64,000 bases of DNA from Anaeramoeba ignava BMAN (Eukaryota > Protista > Anaeramoebae), in contig JAPDFW010000125.1 of NCBI GenBank assembly GCA_028826165.1, positions 806,001 through 870,000 on the forward strand, in the 5' to 3' direction. The notes beneath the pieces are model-generated. The model saw only the letters and a list, made by a program, of their open reading frames with translations, was not told the origin of the DNA and made no database searches. Positions 36,444 through 50,554 of the stretch are shown here, in pieces. The first letter of the stretch is position 1, and every line of letters begins with the position of its first letter. The position numbers and the translations under genes are program-made.

Positions 36444-39245
36444 TCATTTTCGTTTTCTTCTGTTTCTATTATTTGAGGAAGATCTTATTAAATTTGAATT
36501 TTTATCATTTTCAAAATGAGATCTTTTTGAATTTTTATATTTAGAATTTTGGGAATTATAACCATCTTTATAATCAAGATTATTATAATCATAATCAGAA
36601 TCAGAATCAGAATCAGAAAGAGAATCAGAAAGAGAATCATAATTATAATTATGATTATAACTATAATGACGATGACTACGATGATTATAATTATGACTAC
36701 GATAATTATGACTATGATTATGATAATTATGATTATTACTATCAACAGAATTTTGAACAGAATTTTGAACAGAATTTTGATTTTGATTTTGATTTTGATT
36801 TAAATTTTGATTTTGATTTTGATTTTGATTTTGATTTTGATTTTGATTTTGATTTTGAATAGAATTTAAATCATCTTTATCGTGAATATGATGATGAGGT
36901 GATTTTCTTAGATCTTGATTTCTGTTTTTTGAATTTCTCTTCCTTTGATATGAATATCGATGATAATTTTGTGATTTATATTGATTGTAATATTGATGAT
37001 AATCTTTATCATGTCTTTTCCAATTTTGATATGATTTATGATAAGAGTTTTTTGAGGATTGAAATTTTCGAGGATATTCTCTGTTTTCATCATTTGGATA
37101 ATTGCGATTTCTATATTTTGATCGTTCTTTTTGTTGTCTGAACCTGTATTCATCTTCTCGTTGATAAAATTGGTTTTGATAATCTGTTCTTCTTGGGAAA
37201 AAATTTTGTTTTGAAATTTCTTGATTTGATGTTTTGATTGAGTTTTGGTGTGTTTTTGTATCTTGTGGATTTTGTCTTTGTGAGATTATTGAGTATTCTG
37301 ATTTTTTGGGTTGATTTTGATTTTCATTCAAATTTTGATTTTCATTCAAATTTTGATTTTGAATTGAATTTTCATTTTCATTTTCATTTAAATTTTGAAT
37401 TGAATTTTGATTTTCATTTGGATTTTCATTTAAATTCTCATATTCATCTCGTTGTATTTCTTCTTCGTTTGTTGGATAATAATAATAATCTTGAACAGGC
37501 TTTTCAGGATATTCATAATATCTTCTTGAGTCTTGAACATAAACAGGATTCAATTCATCTTGATAATGATAATGAATATTCTGTTTTTCTGAATTTGAAT
37601 GGATTTGGAATTGTTTTTCTCTTTGTAAAGAGTATTGAGGATTAATTTGAGAACGATAAAATTGATGAGAAGAATTGGGGTTATTTTGAGCGGAATTGGT
37701 TTGAATTGGGTAATTTGTGTTTGTGTGTCTGAAATCTTGATATGCTTGGGAATCTCTTTGTTGCAAAGTTGGATGATAATGATTTTCTTGGTTGGTTGGA
37801 TTATATGAATCTCTTGGATGCTTTCTTTGAAGAGATTGGGATGTTTGGTGTGGAAGGTTTGCAAAAAAAGCTTCTTTGGATTTTGATTCCATTTCGTAGT
37901 GGAAATACTGGTTATTTGGATGAACGAAATGATTCTTTTGGTCAAATTTTTCAAAATGTGGATTCTTTTGGTCAAATTTTTCAAAATGTGAATTCTTTTG
38001 ATCAAACTTTTCAAAATGTGGATTCTTTTGATCAAACTTTTCAAAATGTGGATTCTTTTGATCAAATTTTTCAAAATGTGGATTCTTTTGATCAAACTTT
38101 TCAAAATGTGGATTCTTTTGATCAAAATTCGCAAAATGAGGAGGAATTTTAGGATTTTCTGAAATATTTTCTAAGGCAATATCGTGAGGTAAAATATGAT
38201 TTTTCTTTTCTGAACGAAGCTTTCTTCTGAGGATTTTTGTGCCTAGTTCATGAGAAGAAGGATAAACAGGCAAATCATTTAAAGGAGAAGGATGGGGTTG
38301 CAAAAGAAAAAAATCATGATTCAACGCCTCCTGTGCAGTTGGGCGTTTTGCAGGATCCAATTGGAGAAGATTATCGAGAAGATCAATGCTGTAAATATCC
38401 AAGAAATGGAAATGCTCTCTGAGTCTTCTTGGATATGAATTTCTCAATTGAAAATCCTGGAAAAAGGGGAAGTCATAAGATTCCGTCCACTCATTAGAAT
38501 CTGGGGATCCACAAAGCTTGAATATAAGGTCTAACTGGTCATGGACTTGGTCACCAGGAAACAAGTGTTTTCTAGTAAACATCTCAGCAAGAATGCAGCC
38601 TGCAGACCACATGTCAACAGCAGATGTGTACTGGGTCGCTCCCAGAAGCAATTCTGGAGGACGATACCACATCGTGATTACATTTGTTGTGTATCTCTGA
38701 GTCTCTTGAGTGATAATCTTTGCAAGACCGAAATCGGCTAGCTTCAGTTCACCTCTGTTGTTGATCAACAAATTCGCCCCTTTGATATCTCTATGTAAAA
38801 TGTGTTTTGAGTGACAGTAAGCCAAACCTTCAAACAGCTGCTTCATATAGCACTTGATCTGCGGGAGATCAAAAGGCTCGATTTCTGGTGATTGAATCAG
38901 TCCGGCTAGATCGTGATCCATGTATTCAAGAACAACATAAATTCCCGCGTCGTAATTATTCATTAAGGATGTGCTAGTTGTCACAACTTCTTTAAGCTTC
39001 ACAATGTTCTTGTGGTTTAATTGCTCAAGTAGTTTTATTTCTCTTAACGCACTGATTGGAAATCCCCATCGATTGTTCTCTAATCGAACCTTTTTTAATG
39101 CTACTATCTCGTTCGTTTTCTTGTTTTTTGCTCTATAAACTGCTCCATATGCTCCTCTTCCAATTTTTTCTTCAATTTCAAATTCTTCAATGCTTCGTGA
39201 ACAATATTTTTTCAGTTTTGTTTCATTTTTAATTTGTCTATCCAT
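36444..39245 (-). CDS. CDK12/CDK9(CDKC)-type RNA polymerase II CTD kinase with long low-complexity tail
   Basis: IGRGAYGAVY, GFPISALREIK, EYMDHDLAGL, HRDIKGANLL, DFGLA, YTTNVITMWYRPPELLLG; intronless, 933 aa. Confidence 0.9.
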   Translation of the reverse strand: MDRQIKNETKLKKYCSRSIEEFEIEEKIGRGAYGAVYRAKNKKTNEIVALKKVRLENNRWGFPISALREIKLLEQLNHKNIVKLKEVVTTSTSLMNNYDAGIYVVLEYMDHDLAGLIQSPEIEPFDLPQIKCYMKQLFEGLAYCHSKHILHRDIKGANLLINNRGELKLADFGLAKIITQETQRYTTNVITMWYRPPELLLGATQYTSAVDMWSAGCILAEMFTRKHLFPGDQVHDQLDLIFKLCGSPDSNEWTESYDFPFFQDFQLRNSYPRRLREHFHFLDIYSIDLLDNLLQLDPAKRPTAQEALNHDFFLLQPHPSPLNDLPVYPSSHELGTKILRRKLRSEKKNHILPHDIALENISENPKIPPHFANFDQKNPHFEKFDQKNPHFEKFDQKNPHFEKFDQKNPHFEKFDQKNSHFEKFDQKNPHFEKFDQKNHFVHPNNQYFHYEMESKSKEAFFANLPHQTSQSLQRKHPRDSYNPTNQENHYHPTLQQRDSQAYQDFRHTNTNYPIQTNSAQNNPNSSHQFYRSQINPQYSLQREKQFQIHSNSEKQNIHYHYQDELNPVYVQDSRRYYEYPEKPVQDYYYYPTNEEEIQRDEYENLNENPNENQNSIQNLNENENENSIQNQNLNENQNLNENQNQPKKSEYSIISQRQNPQDTKTHQNSIKTSNQEISKQNFFPRRTDYQNQFYQREDEYRFRQQKERSKYRNRNYPNDENREYPRKFQSSKNSYHKSYQNWKRHDKDYHQYYNQYKSQNYHRYSYQRKRNSKNRNQDLRKSPHHHIHDKDDLNSIQNQNQNQNQNQNQNQNQNLNQNQNQNQNSVQNSVQNSVDSNNHNYHNHSHNYRSHNYNHRSHRHYSYNHNYNYDSLSDSLSDSDSDSDYDYNNLDYKDGYNSQNSKYKNSKRSHFENDKNSNLIRSSSNNRNRRKRK
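37931..38139 (-). repeat. Coding 30-bp tandem repeat (FDQKNPHFEK) x ~7
   Basis: Near-identical GATTCTTTTGATCAAA(C/T)TTTTCAAAATGTG units. Confidence 0.95.
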
Positions 39246-39359
39246 TTTTGTTTTTTTAAAAAAAAATTTTGTAAAATGAAAAATGAAAAAATGAAAAAAA
39301 TGAAAAAAAATGAAAAAATGAAAAAAATGAAAAAAATTAAAAACAAAACATTTTTTTTT

Positions 39360-40632
39360 AACAGAAATTGAATCAAAATTAAATTAAAATTGAACAGAAA
39401 TTAAACAGAAATGAATCAAAATTGAATTAAAATCAAATTCAATTCAAATTAAATTAAATTAAAATTAAATCAAATTCAAATTAAAATTGAATTAAAATTG
39501 AATTAAAATTGAATTAAAATTGATTTAAAATTAAATTTAAAATTGATTTAAAATTGATTTAAAACTGATTTAAAATTAAACAGAAATTAAACAGAAATGA
39601 ATCAAAATTGAATTAAAATCAAATTCAATTCAAATTAAATTAAATCAAAATTAAACAGAAATTCAACAGAAATAAATCAAAACTGATTTAAAATTGATTT
39701 AAAATCAAATTAAAACTGATTTAAAATTAAATTAAAATTGAATTAAAATTGAATTAAAATTGAATTAAAATTAAATTAAAACTGAATTAAAATTAAATTA
39801 AAATTGAATTAAAATTGAATTAAAATTGAATTAAAATTGAATCAAAATTAAAATTAAAATTGAATTAAAATTGAATTAAAACTGAATTAAAATTGAATCA
39901 AAATTAAATCAAAATCAAAATTAAAATTGAATTAAAATTAAATCAAATTGAATTAAAATTGATTTAAAATTAAATTAAAATTGAATTAAAATTGATTTAA
40001 AATTGATTTAAAATTGATTTAAAATTAAATCAAAATTGAATTAAAATTGAATTAAAATTGATTTAAAATTGATTTAAAATTAGATTTAAAATTGATTTAA
40101 AATTAAATCAAATTGAATTAAAATTGATTTAAAATTAAATTAAAATTGAATTAAAATTGATTTAAAATTGATTTAAAATTGATTTAAAATTAAATTTAAA
40201 ATTAAACAGAAATTAAACAGAAATTCAACAGAAATGATTTAAAACTGATTTAAAATTGATTTAAAATTAAATCAAAATTAATTTAAAATTGATTTAAAAT
40301 TGAATTAAAATTGATTTAAAATTGAATTAAAATCAAATTCAATTCAAATTGAATTAAATCAAAATTAAATTAAAATTAAACAGAAATTGAATCAAAATTG
40401 ATTTAAAATTGATTTAAAACTGATTTAAAATTAAACAGAAATTCAACAGAAATGAATCAAAATTGAATTAAAATCAAATTCAATTCAAATTAAATTAAAT
40501 TAAAATTAAATCAAAATTAAATTAAAATTGAACAGAAATTGATTTAAAATTAAATTAAAATTGAATCAAAATTAATTTAAAATTGATTTAAAATTGATTT
40601 AAAATTGATTTAAAATTAATTTAAAATTAAAT
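39360..40632. repeat. Intergenic 11-bp repeat (AAAATTGAATT/AAAATTGATTT)n with AACAGAAAT-containing higher-order blocks
   Basis: Lies between the divergent CDK and HECT genes. Confidence 0.85.
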
Positions 40633-40858
40633 TCTTGTTCAATCTACTTGCAAATTTAAAAAAAAAAAATGAAAAAAATGAAAATTAAAAAAATTAAAAA
40701 AAAATAATTTAATTAAAAAAAAAATAAACAAATGACGTTTTGTTTTCCAAAAATTAAAACAATTTTTTAAATAAAAAAAATTTGATCTTTGTTGTTTTTT
40801 TTTTTTCAAATTTCATTTTTTTTCATTTTTCATTTTAAAAAATAATTAAAAAAAACAA

Positions 40859-43800
40859 ATGAATCGTTTATTACGTTTTTTAAAAAGTTCAAATAAAACA
40901 ACAGTTCTAACAACACTTAATCAATTAAATGAAAAACTTTCACTTGCAACAGAAGATACATTACAAGGTTTTTCTATTGATCAATTTGTTCCTTTACTTG
41001 TTCAACTTATAAATGAAGAAAATGAACCAGATTTAAATGGTAAAATTGATTTAATTTTATATTTAATTTCTAAATTTAAATTTTAATTTTAATTTTAATT
41101 CTAAATTTAAATTTTAATATTAATTTTAATTTTAATTCTAAATTTAATTCTAATTTTAATTCTAAATTTAATTTTAATTCTAATTCTAAATTTAATTTTA
41201 ATTTTAATTTTAATTTTAATTTTAATTTTAATTTTAATTTTAAATTTAAATTTAAATTTAATTCTAATTCTAATTCTAATTTTAATTTTAAATTTTAATT
41301 TTAATCCTAATTTTTTATTAAATTTTTTAGTTCTTGCTTGCCGTACTTTATATAATTTAATTGTTGCTCTTCCTGAATCTTCTAATTTAATTTCAAATTT
41401 AGCAACTCCTACATTAATTACAAAATTGCTTACAATAGAATATATTGATTTAGCAGAACTTGCTTTAGAAGTAAAAATTTTATATTTTATATTTAATTTT
41501 AATTTATATTTAATTTTATATTTAATTTTATATTTAATTTTAAATTTAATTTTATATTTATTTTTTTATTTAATTTTATATTTAATTTTATATTTTTAAT
41601 TTATTTTATATTAAATTTTATATTTAATTTTATATTAAATTTTATATTTAATTTTATATTTAATTTTATATTAAATTTTATATTTAATTTTATATTTAAT
41701 TTATATTAAATTTTATATTTAATTTTATATTTAATTTTATATTAAATTTTATATTTAATTTTTATATTAAATTTTATATTTAATTTTATATTTAATTTTA
41801 TATTTAATTTTATATTTAATTTTATATTTAATTTTATATTAAATTTTTATTTATTTTATTTAAATTTATTTTAAATTTTATATTTAATTTTTTTATATTT
41901 AATTTTATTTAATTTTATATTTAATTTTATATTTTAATTTTATTTTATATTTAATTTTATATTTAATTTTATATTTAATTTTATATTTAATTTTATATTT
42001 AATTTTATATTTAATTTTTATATTTAATTTTATATTTAATTTTATATTTAATTTTATATTTAATTTTATATTTAATTTTATATTTAATTTTATATTTAAT
42101 TTTATATTTAATTTTATATTTAATTTTATATTTAATTTTATATTAAATTTTATATTTAATTTTATATTTAATTTTATATTAAAAAAAAAGGTTCTAGAAA
42201 GAATTTCAAGAGAACATCATAGATATGTTTTAAGACAAGGTGGTTTAATGGCAGTACTCGCTTATTGTGATTTCTTCTCTTCTCCTATTAAACAAAAAGC
42301 ACTTGAATCAGCTGCAAATATGACTCTTTCAATTCCTCCAAATTGTTTTCATTTAGTTTCAGATTCAATTCAACTTCTTATTAACCAATTAAATTCACAA
42401 AACAAAAAAAGTAAGAAAATTATCAAAAAAAAAAAGGAAAATTTTATTAACAAAATTTTCTTTTTCTTTTTAGCTCTTGATTACACTTGTTTATCAATCT
42501 TTCGAATTTCAAATCATTTTATTCAAGATCCAGAAAGAATAAATTCTCTTATCGATGAAAATTTATTTAAAAAACTCTTGAATTTAATTTCTCAAGAATC
42601 TAAAATTGGGAATATAATAAGTTCAACAACTTTGTCTTCGATAATTAGGCTATTTAAGGATTTATGCTTAATTAAATCTAAATCAGCAGAATTAATTCTC
42701 AAAAATGGAGGTTCAGATATTATTTCCCAATTTTTACTTGAACAATCAGGATTTTCAACTCCATTAAAATGTAATTTAATTTTATTTTAATTTTAAATTT
42801 AATTTTAAATTTATTTTTTTTAAAAAAAAAACAACAACAGCTAAAAATACCAATTTCGAAAGCCCAAATATGAAATCAAAATCAAGACATTCCAGTCAAT
42901 TATACCAATTTATATTACTTTTAGATTCTCTTTTACCAGATTTGTCTGAAGATATTTACCCAAAATTTTTAGTGATCCGAAACCAAACACAAGAAAAAAA
43001 ACAAGAAAAACCTCCTAAATTTGGATTTTATAAGGATGATTATAAACAAAATGATATTGGATATCAAAATATCGCACTTGAAAAACAGGAAAACCAACAA
43101 CATACTGAAATTCTTGAGAAAAATCAAACCCTTTTCCAAGATTTCTTTAAGAAAATATTCACACCATTACTGAACATTTACATTAACACACCATCACAAA
43201 AAATTCGAAGAACAACTCTCCAAATTCTTCTTAAAATGCTCTTTTTTTCCAACGATTTGACTAAATTGCTAGAAAGTTCAGAACTGAAAATTTCTTCAAT
43301 AATATCTGATCTTATTAGAAAGAAAGAGGGACTTATTGGAGCTGCTTATGGAATAATGTTTGCGTTTTTGTTGATGGAAAAAATGGAGGATACTTTTCGA
43401 GAAATATTTGATAGAGAGGGAATTTTTTCTGAAATAAAAAAAACTTTGGATTCCGCAAATGTTGCAAATGAAGACAATTCCTCTCCTTCAAAAAATATCG
43501 AAACAGAAATGTTGGAAATTTCCGATTTGCCAAAAGTTCCAAATCAAACAAGTGAATTTCAAGACAATATGGAACTTGTGGATGATAATATAATCATAAA
43601 TCCTCCAAAATACGAATTGGAATTAGAACCCATTGAGGAAGAGCCAAAAACAAAGGTTGAAAAGGAAACTGAAACTGAAACTGAAAAAAATGAAATTTTG
43701 GAAGATCAATTTTCTCCTCTTTATACTAATTTCCAGTTTAAAGATGAATTAGAAACGAAAGATGAATCAGAAACTAAAAATGAATCAGAAAATAAAAATG

Positions 43801-46800
43801 AATACAATAGTTATTATTCCCAATATTACAATCCACAACCTCCTACAACTGAAACAAACGAATCGCAATTCTACTTCAACTCACAAAAAACAGAACCCAC
43901 AAAGAAAAACGAAGATCAATACACTCCAAATTATAACCCTTATAGTTATTATTCCAATTATTATTCATACGGAAACTATCCTTATTACACACAAGACGAC
44001 GCAAAGCAAGAAACAGATGAACTTTCTCCCAATGATTCTCAAGATTTTACGTATAATGAATACGAAGACAGTAATGTTGATGAGACTCAACCAAATCCTA
44101 ATCCTTTCGAAACTGAGCATAAATCCAATTTCCGTTCATATTCAACAAGAGATTCCAATTCAAATCCCAATAGATATCCGAGTTATGGACGTTCTGAAAG
44201 ATTAGGAAAAACTGAGAAGCCTTTTTCTTACTCAAATTACCGCAGAGGAAGACATCAACATTCTTATTATTATCCTGAAGTTTCTGATAATATTTATGAA
44301 AATGAACTAAGTCCAACAGAGTCTCCATTCTCACCAAATCAAGATTTCGCAAAGGAATTAGAAGCAGATCCCCAATTAGAAGATTGGTATATTGAGAAAT
44401 TGAATATTTTTGTTGCTTGTTTTCTTGCAGAACAGAATTTAAATGGATCTTTATCAATGAAAACAATTGAAGAAATTCGAGAATATTGCGAAAAACTTAA
44501 AATTGATGAAAAGCAGCTAGAATCTTTACAGAAAATTGCAAAATACTTTGGTACACAAAACTCACTTTCTTCGTATGAAATTAATGAAAGCAACATTTTC
44601 TTATATTTGCGCAATTATTTCACAGATATAGAAAACAATGAGGAATATTTAAACACTTTAAATAATCGCATTTCGAGGTTTCTCAAATCATTTTCATCAA
44701 TTGATCTCAATAGCAAATTACAACAACCTTTGGTTATTCTTTTGATTGAAAAACTGCACGAAATTTTCAATCGAGTCGAGAATTTCGCTGTGAAAATTTA
44801 TCCACAAATTTCATTAGAAATGCTGAAAAAGCCTATTCAATTACAATTTTCTTTGGTGAATTCGGAGTATTCATTACAAAAACTACCCGAATCATCATTT
44901 TCTTTAATTTCTTCAGTGACATTAACAGATCTTGAATTTTTGGTTTGGGAAAAAGTAAGATTGGATTTTGATCACCAACTTTATGAAGATAACGAAGATG
45001 ATTTACTCAATAGAATTGTATCACAAGATCCACTTTCATTTTATCCATTTTTACGGAATAAAAAATACCACAGAAGAGGTAGATATGGTTATGGTTATGG
45101 ATACGGTTATGGTTATGGTTATGGAGAAAATAAATATCGAGATGAAAATTCTTATGGATATGGAAATTATCACGGTTATAGTTACAATTCAAATCGTTCC
45201 AAAAATATTTCTTCCCAAAATTCTCTTCCTTACAATTCAGCACAAACCCAAAAATCACCAAAATCAAGATCACATCGACATCATTCAAAAACTTCTCAAT
45301 CAAGAAATGCCAACTATAGTGTTGAAGATCAAGAAAGAAGGGAATTATTTGGTTTAAATCACGAAGATCAAGATCAAGATCAAGATCAAGATCAAAATGT
45401 AAAAATTTCCAAACATAAATTGCAGAAATCTCAAACTGAAGAACCAACTAATTTCAAATCAAAAATTCGGTTTAAACAACGAGAAATTTTGAAAAGAGAA
45501 ATGAAGAAGCAAAAATTTTCGATGGAAAAATATTCTCATTATCTTGAATTTTATTATCAAGGAACTAAACTTTCTTATAACAAACCGTTTTTCCACCAGA
45601 TATTTGAAATTTGGATGAAGAATTCCTTTACAAGATCAACAGAAGAAGTTGATCGAGTTTGGGAGGAAGTTCATGTTATTGAATATAAAAGAATAAGACC
45701 ACTTCCAAAGGAAGTTCTATCAATTCCGCAAGTGAAAGAGTTTATATCCGCAAATAAGCCAAAATCAAGCTATTACAATTACAATTATCATTATAATTTA
45801 TTTGATGCAGATGAGAGTGATATTCCCGAAAATTCTGATGTTTATTTAAACAGTCAAGAAATCAATTTGCCAATCACTGTTGAAACAACTTCAATTTCGA
45901 AGGAATTTCGGGAGATCAAAAAATATAAAGCAGAAGATTCCAATTCTAATAATATAGAAAAAACAACAGAAAATTCACTTCCAGAAGTGATTTTACATCT
46001 TTTAAAATGCATTTATTTGATCGTTTATTATGGATCAGTTAATTTAGAGGAAAAAATTATGATGAAAATTGATGAGGAAATTGAACTTGGAAATAAAGAA
46101 GAAAATAACAAGGAAATTAAAAATAACAAGGAAATCAAAATTGAAAAAGATAACAAGGAAATCAAAATTGAAAAAGAAAACAAGGAAATCAAAATGGAAA
46201 AAGAACAAGATCAGCCACAATCTCAAGAACCAAATCCAGAATCATTTGTTTCCCTGAAACTGGACTCGAAATTAAGATCCCATTTGGAAGATCCATTCAC
46301 AGTTTTCACAGGATCTTTCCCATCTTGGATCCCATCTTTAATGCAATCAGGATTCATGTTTCTTTTTACATTTGAATCACGACTTCTTTATTTCCGATCG
46401 ATTTGCATTGATCAAATAAGAGGTCTTCAGCAAATCCAAATGAACAATGCCAAGCATATTGAAAAACATAGAAACATTGATTTTGGAAGAATTCCTCGTT
46501 TTAAAGCAGAAATTTCACGAGATTCTGTACTTGAAAATGCAATTGAAATATTTGACAATCCAAGAGCACTTTCAAGTGAGATGCTTGAGATTACTTATCA
46601 AGGAGAAGTTGGATTTGGATCAGGTCCTTCGCAGGAATTTTATCATCTTGTCTCAAAAGAACTCAAGCACAAATCACTTAATTTATGGTGCAATTCAACC
46701 ACTTCAGAAAAATCTTCCGATTATGTTTATTCTTCATACGGGCTTTTTCCAAAACCTTTGAATACAATGAAAAAGAACGAAAATCTTTTCAATTTAAAAC

Positions 46801-47747
46801 TGAACCAAAAAAAATATCCTCGAAAAAAACGCAATATGAATTTAAGTGAGAATTTAAGTGAGAATTTAAGTGAAGATTTAAACGAAGAGAAAAAACAAAT
46901 GAAACTGTTTGAATTCACTGGGAAATTAGTTGCTCGCGCAATTTCTGACCAAAGACAACTAGATCTGCCATTTTCAGAACCATTTTTCAGAGCAATAACA
47001 GGATCCAAATTAACTTTCAACGATCTCGAAATATTAGAACCAGAAATATCAAAAACACTGAAAGAATTCAGCATTCTCACTCAAAAATACAACGAAACAA
47101 AAGACGAAAATTTAACTTACAAAGGAATAAAAATCGAAGATTTAGGACTAGTTTTTACACTTCCAGGAAACAACGAAATTGAACTTAAAAACGGCGGAAA
47201 AGAAACCGATTTAAAATTAGAAAACTTAGAAGAATGGATGAATTTAGTAATTGACAAAAAAATCGGGAGAGGAATTCAAAAGCAAGTTTCATCTTTCCAA
47301 AAAGGATTCAATCAAATTTTCCCGATTGATCATTTAAAAATTTTCACTTACGATGAATTTGACTTGTTAATTAACGGATGCGTTGAGCAATGGAATCAAG
47401 AATTGCTTTTCCAAAGCATTAAATGCGAACATGGCTATTCAAAAGATCATCAAATCATTTACAGTCTTATTGAATTCATGTGTGAACTTTCGCCTTCAGA
47501 ACAAAGAAAATTTATCAGATTTATTACTGGAAGTTCTCATTTACCAGTTGGTGGTATTTCTGCTTTGAAACCCCCTTTAACTGTTGTTAAAACTGATGTT
47601 TTTCCTTTTAATCCTGATGATTATCTTCCTACTGTTATGACTTGTGCAAATTATTTGAAATTACCTGAATATTCTTCAAAACAAGTTTTGGTTCAAAAAT
47701 TTAAAATTGCTATAAAAGAAGGTCAATCAAGTTTTCATTTATCTTAA
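40859..47747 (+). CDS. TRIP12: TRIP12/UFD4/UPL3-type HECT E3 ubiquitin ligase (5 exons)
   Basis: Exons 40859-41039, 41331-41470, 42191-42410, 42474-42770, 42841-47747. Motifs LSLATEDTLQGF, IEYIDLAELALEVLERIS, YQGEVGFGSGPSQEFY, LPTVMTCANYLKLPEY; ends SFHLS. Confidence 0.92.
41480..42180. repeat. Intronic (TAATTTTATATT)n 12-mer array
   Basis: Fills intron 2 of the HECT gene. Confidence 0.9.
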
Positions 47748-47880
47748 TTGATTAAAAACAGAAACAAAAACAACAAAAACAACAGAAAACAACAAAAACA
47801 AAAAACAAATTTTTTTTGAGAATTTTGTTCAAAAAAAAATAAAAAAGAAACTAATTAATTTTTTTAATTTTTTTAATTTT

Positions 47881-50470
47881 TTAATTTTTAGTCAAATAAA
47901 CATTCGTAAAAAGTTCTTTTGGTTCAGGTTTTTTTTGTTTTTCTTCTTTTGATCCAAAAATTGATTGATAAGCTTTACTATTTCTATCATAAATTTGATT
48001 TGAATTTGAATTTGAATTTGAATTTAAATTTGGATTTGAATTTAAATTTGAATTTGAATTTGAATTTTTGTTTGTTTTAGAATGTTTTGTAATTTGTTTT
48101 TCTTTTTGTTTTTCTTTTCTTTTCTTTTTTCTAATTTCTTTTTCTTTTTCTTTTTCTTTTTCTTTTTCTTTTTCTTTTTCATTATCATTTGTTTTTTTAT
48201 TTTTTCTTCTTGATTTTCTTTCTTGAATTAATTGTTTTCTTAAAACTTTTTGAATTTCTTTTGATGGATTAATTTCAATTAAATCATCTTCTTTAATAAT
48301 TTTATCACATAAATAACATTTTTTAGTTGGTACTTTTTTAAAAGCTTTTCTAGAAAAAACATGACCACAACCTTTTAAAACAACAAATCTAAAAACAAAA
48401 CAAAAAAAAAATCAATTATTAATTTTAATTTTTTTAATTTTTTTACGATTGAATTCCATTCATTTCTTGTGATGTAATTGGACAAATAAATTGTGGTTGG
48501 ATTTGTAAATTTGATTCTGAATTAATTGCTGGATTTGGAGTTAAATGAATATCCATTACATCCTATTAAAAATTATTTATAAAATTAAATATAAAATTAT
48601 TTATAAAATTATTTATAAAATTAAATATTAAATTAATTATAAAATTATTTATAAAATTATTTATTAAATTATATATAAAATTAAATATAAAATTATTTAT
48701 TAAATTATTTATAAAATTATTTATAAAATTATTTATAAAATTATTTATAAAATTAAATATAAAATTATTTATAAAATTATTTATAAAATTATTTATAAAA
48801 TTATTTATAAAATTAAATATAAAATTATTTATTAAATTATTTATAAAAATTAAATATAAAATTATTTATAAAATTAAATATAAAATTATTTATTAAAATT
48901 AATTATAAAATTAAATATAAAATTATTTATAAAATTAATTATAAAATTAATTATAAAATTAAATATAAAATTAAATATAAAATTATTTATAAAATTATTT
49001 ATAAAATTTAAATATTAAATTAATTTATAAAATTAAATATAAAATTATTTATAAAATTATTTATTAAATTATTTATAAAATTAAATATAAAATTATATAT
49101 AAAATTATTTATAAAATTATTTATTAAATTAAATATAAAATTATATATAAAATTATATATAAAATTATTTATTAAATTAATTATAAAATTATTTATTAAA
49201 TTATTTATAAAATTATTTATAAAATTATTTATAAAATTAAATATAAAAATTATATATAAAATTAAATATAAAATTATTTATAAAATTAAATATAATATTA
49301 TTTATAAAATTAAATATAAAATTAATTATAAAATTAATTATAAAATTAATTATAAAATTAATTATAAAATTATTTATAAAATTATTTATAAAATTAATTA
49401 TAAAATTATATATAAAATTATTTATAAAATTATATATAAAATTATATAAAATTAAATATAAAATTATTTATAAAATTATTTATAAAAAAAAATATTTTAT
49501 TTATAAAATTATTTATAAAATTATTTATAAAATTAATAATAAAAATAAAAATTATTTTAAAATTATTTTATAAAATTATTTATAAAAATTAAATATAAAA
49601 ATTATTTATAAAATTATTTATAAAATTATTTATAAAATTATTTATAAAATTATTAATTAAATTATTTATAAAATTATTAATAAAATTATTTATAAAATTA
49701 TTTATAAAATTATTTTAATTTTATATATAAAATAAAAATTATAAAAAAATAAAAATATGAAAAATTGAAAAATTATTTATAAAATTATTTATAAAATTAT
49801 TTATAAAATTATTTATAAAATTAATTATAAAATTATTTATAAAATTATTTATTAAATTAAATATAAAATTATATATAAAATTAAATATAAAATTATTTAT
49901 TAAATTATTTATAAAAATTATTTTAAAATTATTTTAAAATTATTTTATAAAACAAATTATAAAATTAATTATAAAATTATTTATAAAATTATATATAAAA
50001 TTATTTATAAAATTATTTATAAAATTATTTATAAAATTATATATAAAATTAAATATAAAATTAAATATAAAATTATTTATAAAATTATTTATAAAATTAA
50101 ATATAAAATTATTTATAAAATTATTTATAAAATTATTTATAAAATTATTTATTAAATTATATATAAAATTATATATAAAATTATTTATTAAATTAATTAT
50201 AAAATTATTTATAAAATTATTTACGGAAATTCTATGAATGTAATTGAGTTGTTTTGGTAATTTTTTTTGTAAAAGAGCTTTTAGTAAATCTTCTTTGTTA
50301 AATAAACGACCCAAAGGACAAATAACAATTGGTTGTTTTAATATTTTTTTTGTTAAAGCACAAAGAAGCCAAGTTGCTCTTCTTCTTTCTTCTTCATCAA
50401 CTTGTTCAGGTGGTTTTTTAGTTTTTACCATTTCAGTTCGTTTAGGAATTGAACCTCCATCACATCCCAT
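47881..50470 (-). CDS. RTF2: Replication termination factor 2 (Rtf2 RING-like; 3 exons)
   Basis: Diagnostic start MGCDGGSIPKR. Exons 50470-50225, 48562-48447, 48388-47881; FICPIT, GCGHVFS, CYLC. Confidence 0.92.
48570..50220. repeat. Intronic (AAATTATTTATA)n 12-mer array, ~1.65 kb
   Basis: Fills intron 1 of RTF2; reverse complement of the 12-mer family at 27580-28790. Confidence 0.9.
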
Positions 50471-50554
50471 TTTAATTTTTACTTAAAACAAAAATCAAAA
50501 AAATGAAAAAATGAAAAAATGAAAAATGAAAAAATGAAAAAATGAAAAAATTTA

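Noticed and set aside
37931-38139. PHFEK repeats resembling Strep-tag II (vector contamination)
   Set aside because: No WSHPQFEK match; native AT-rich codons, in frame within the kinase gene.
36444-47747. Inteins in the CDK or HECT ligase
   Set aside because: Catalytic domains are contiguous. I found no C/S...HN-C/S/T splice junctions or LAGLIDADG blocks; the insertions are low-complexity.
49940-50224. C-terminal NNFI-repeat extension of RTF2 in the ORF track
   Set aside because: Read-through into intron 1; the donor at 50224 splices to conserved downstream exons.
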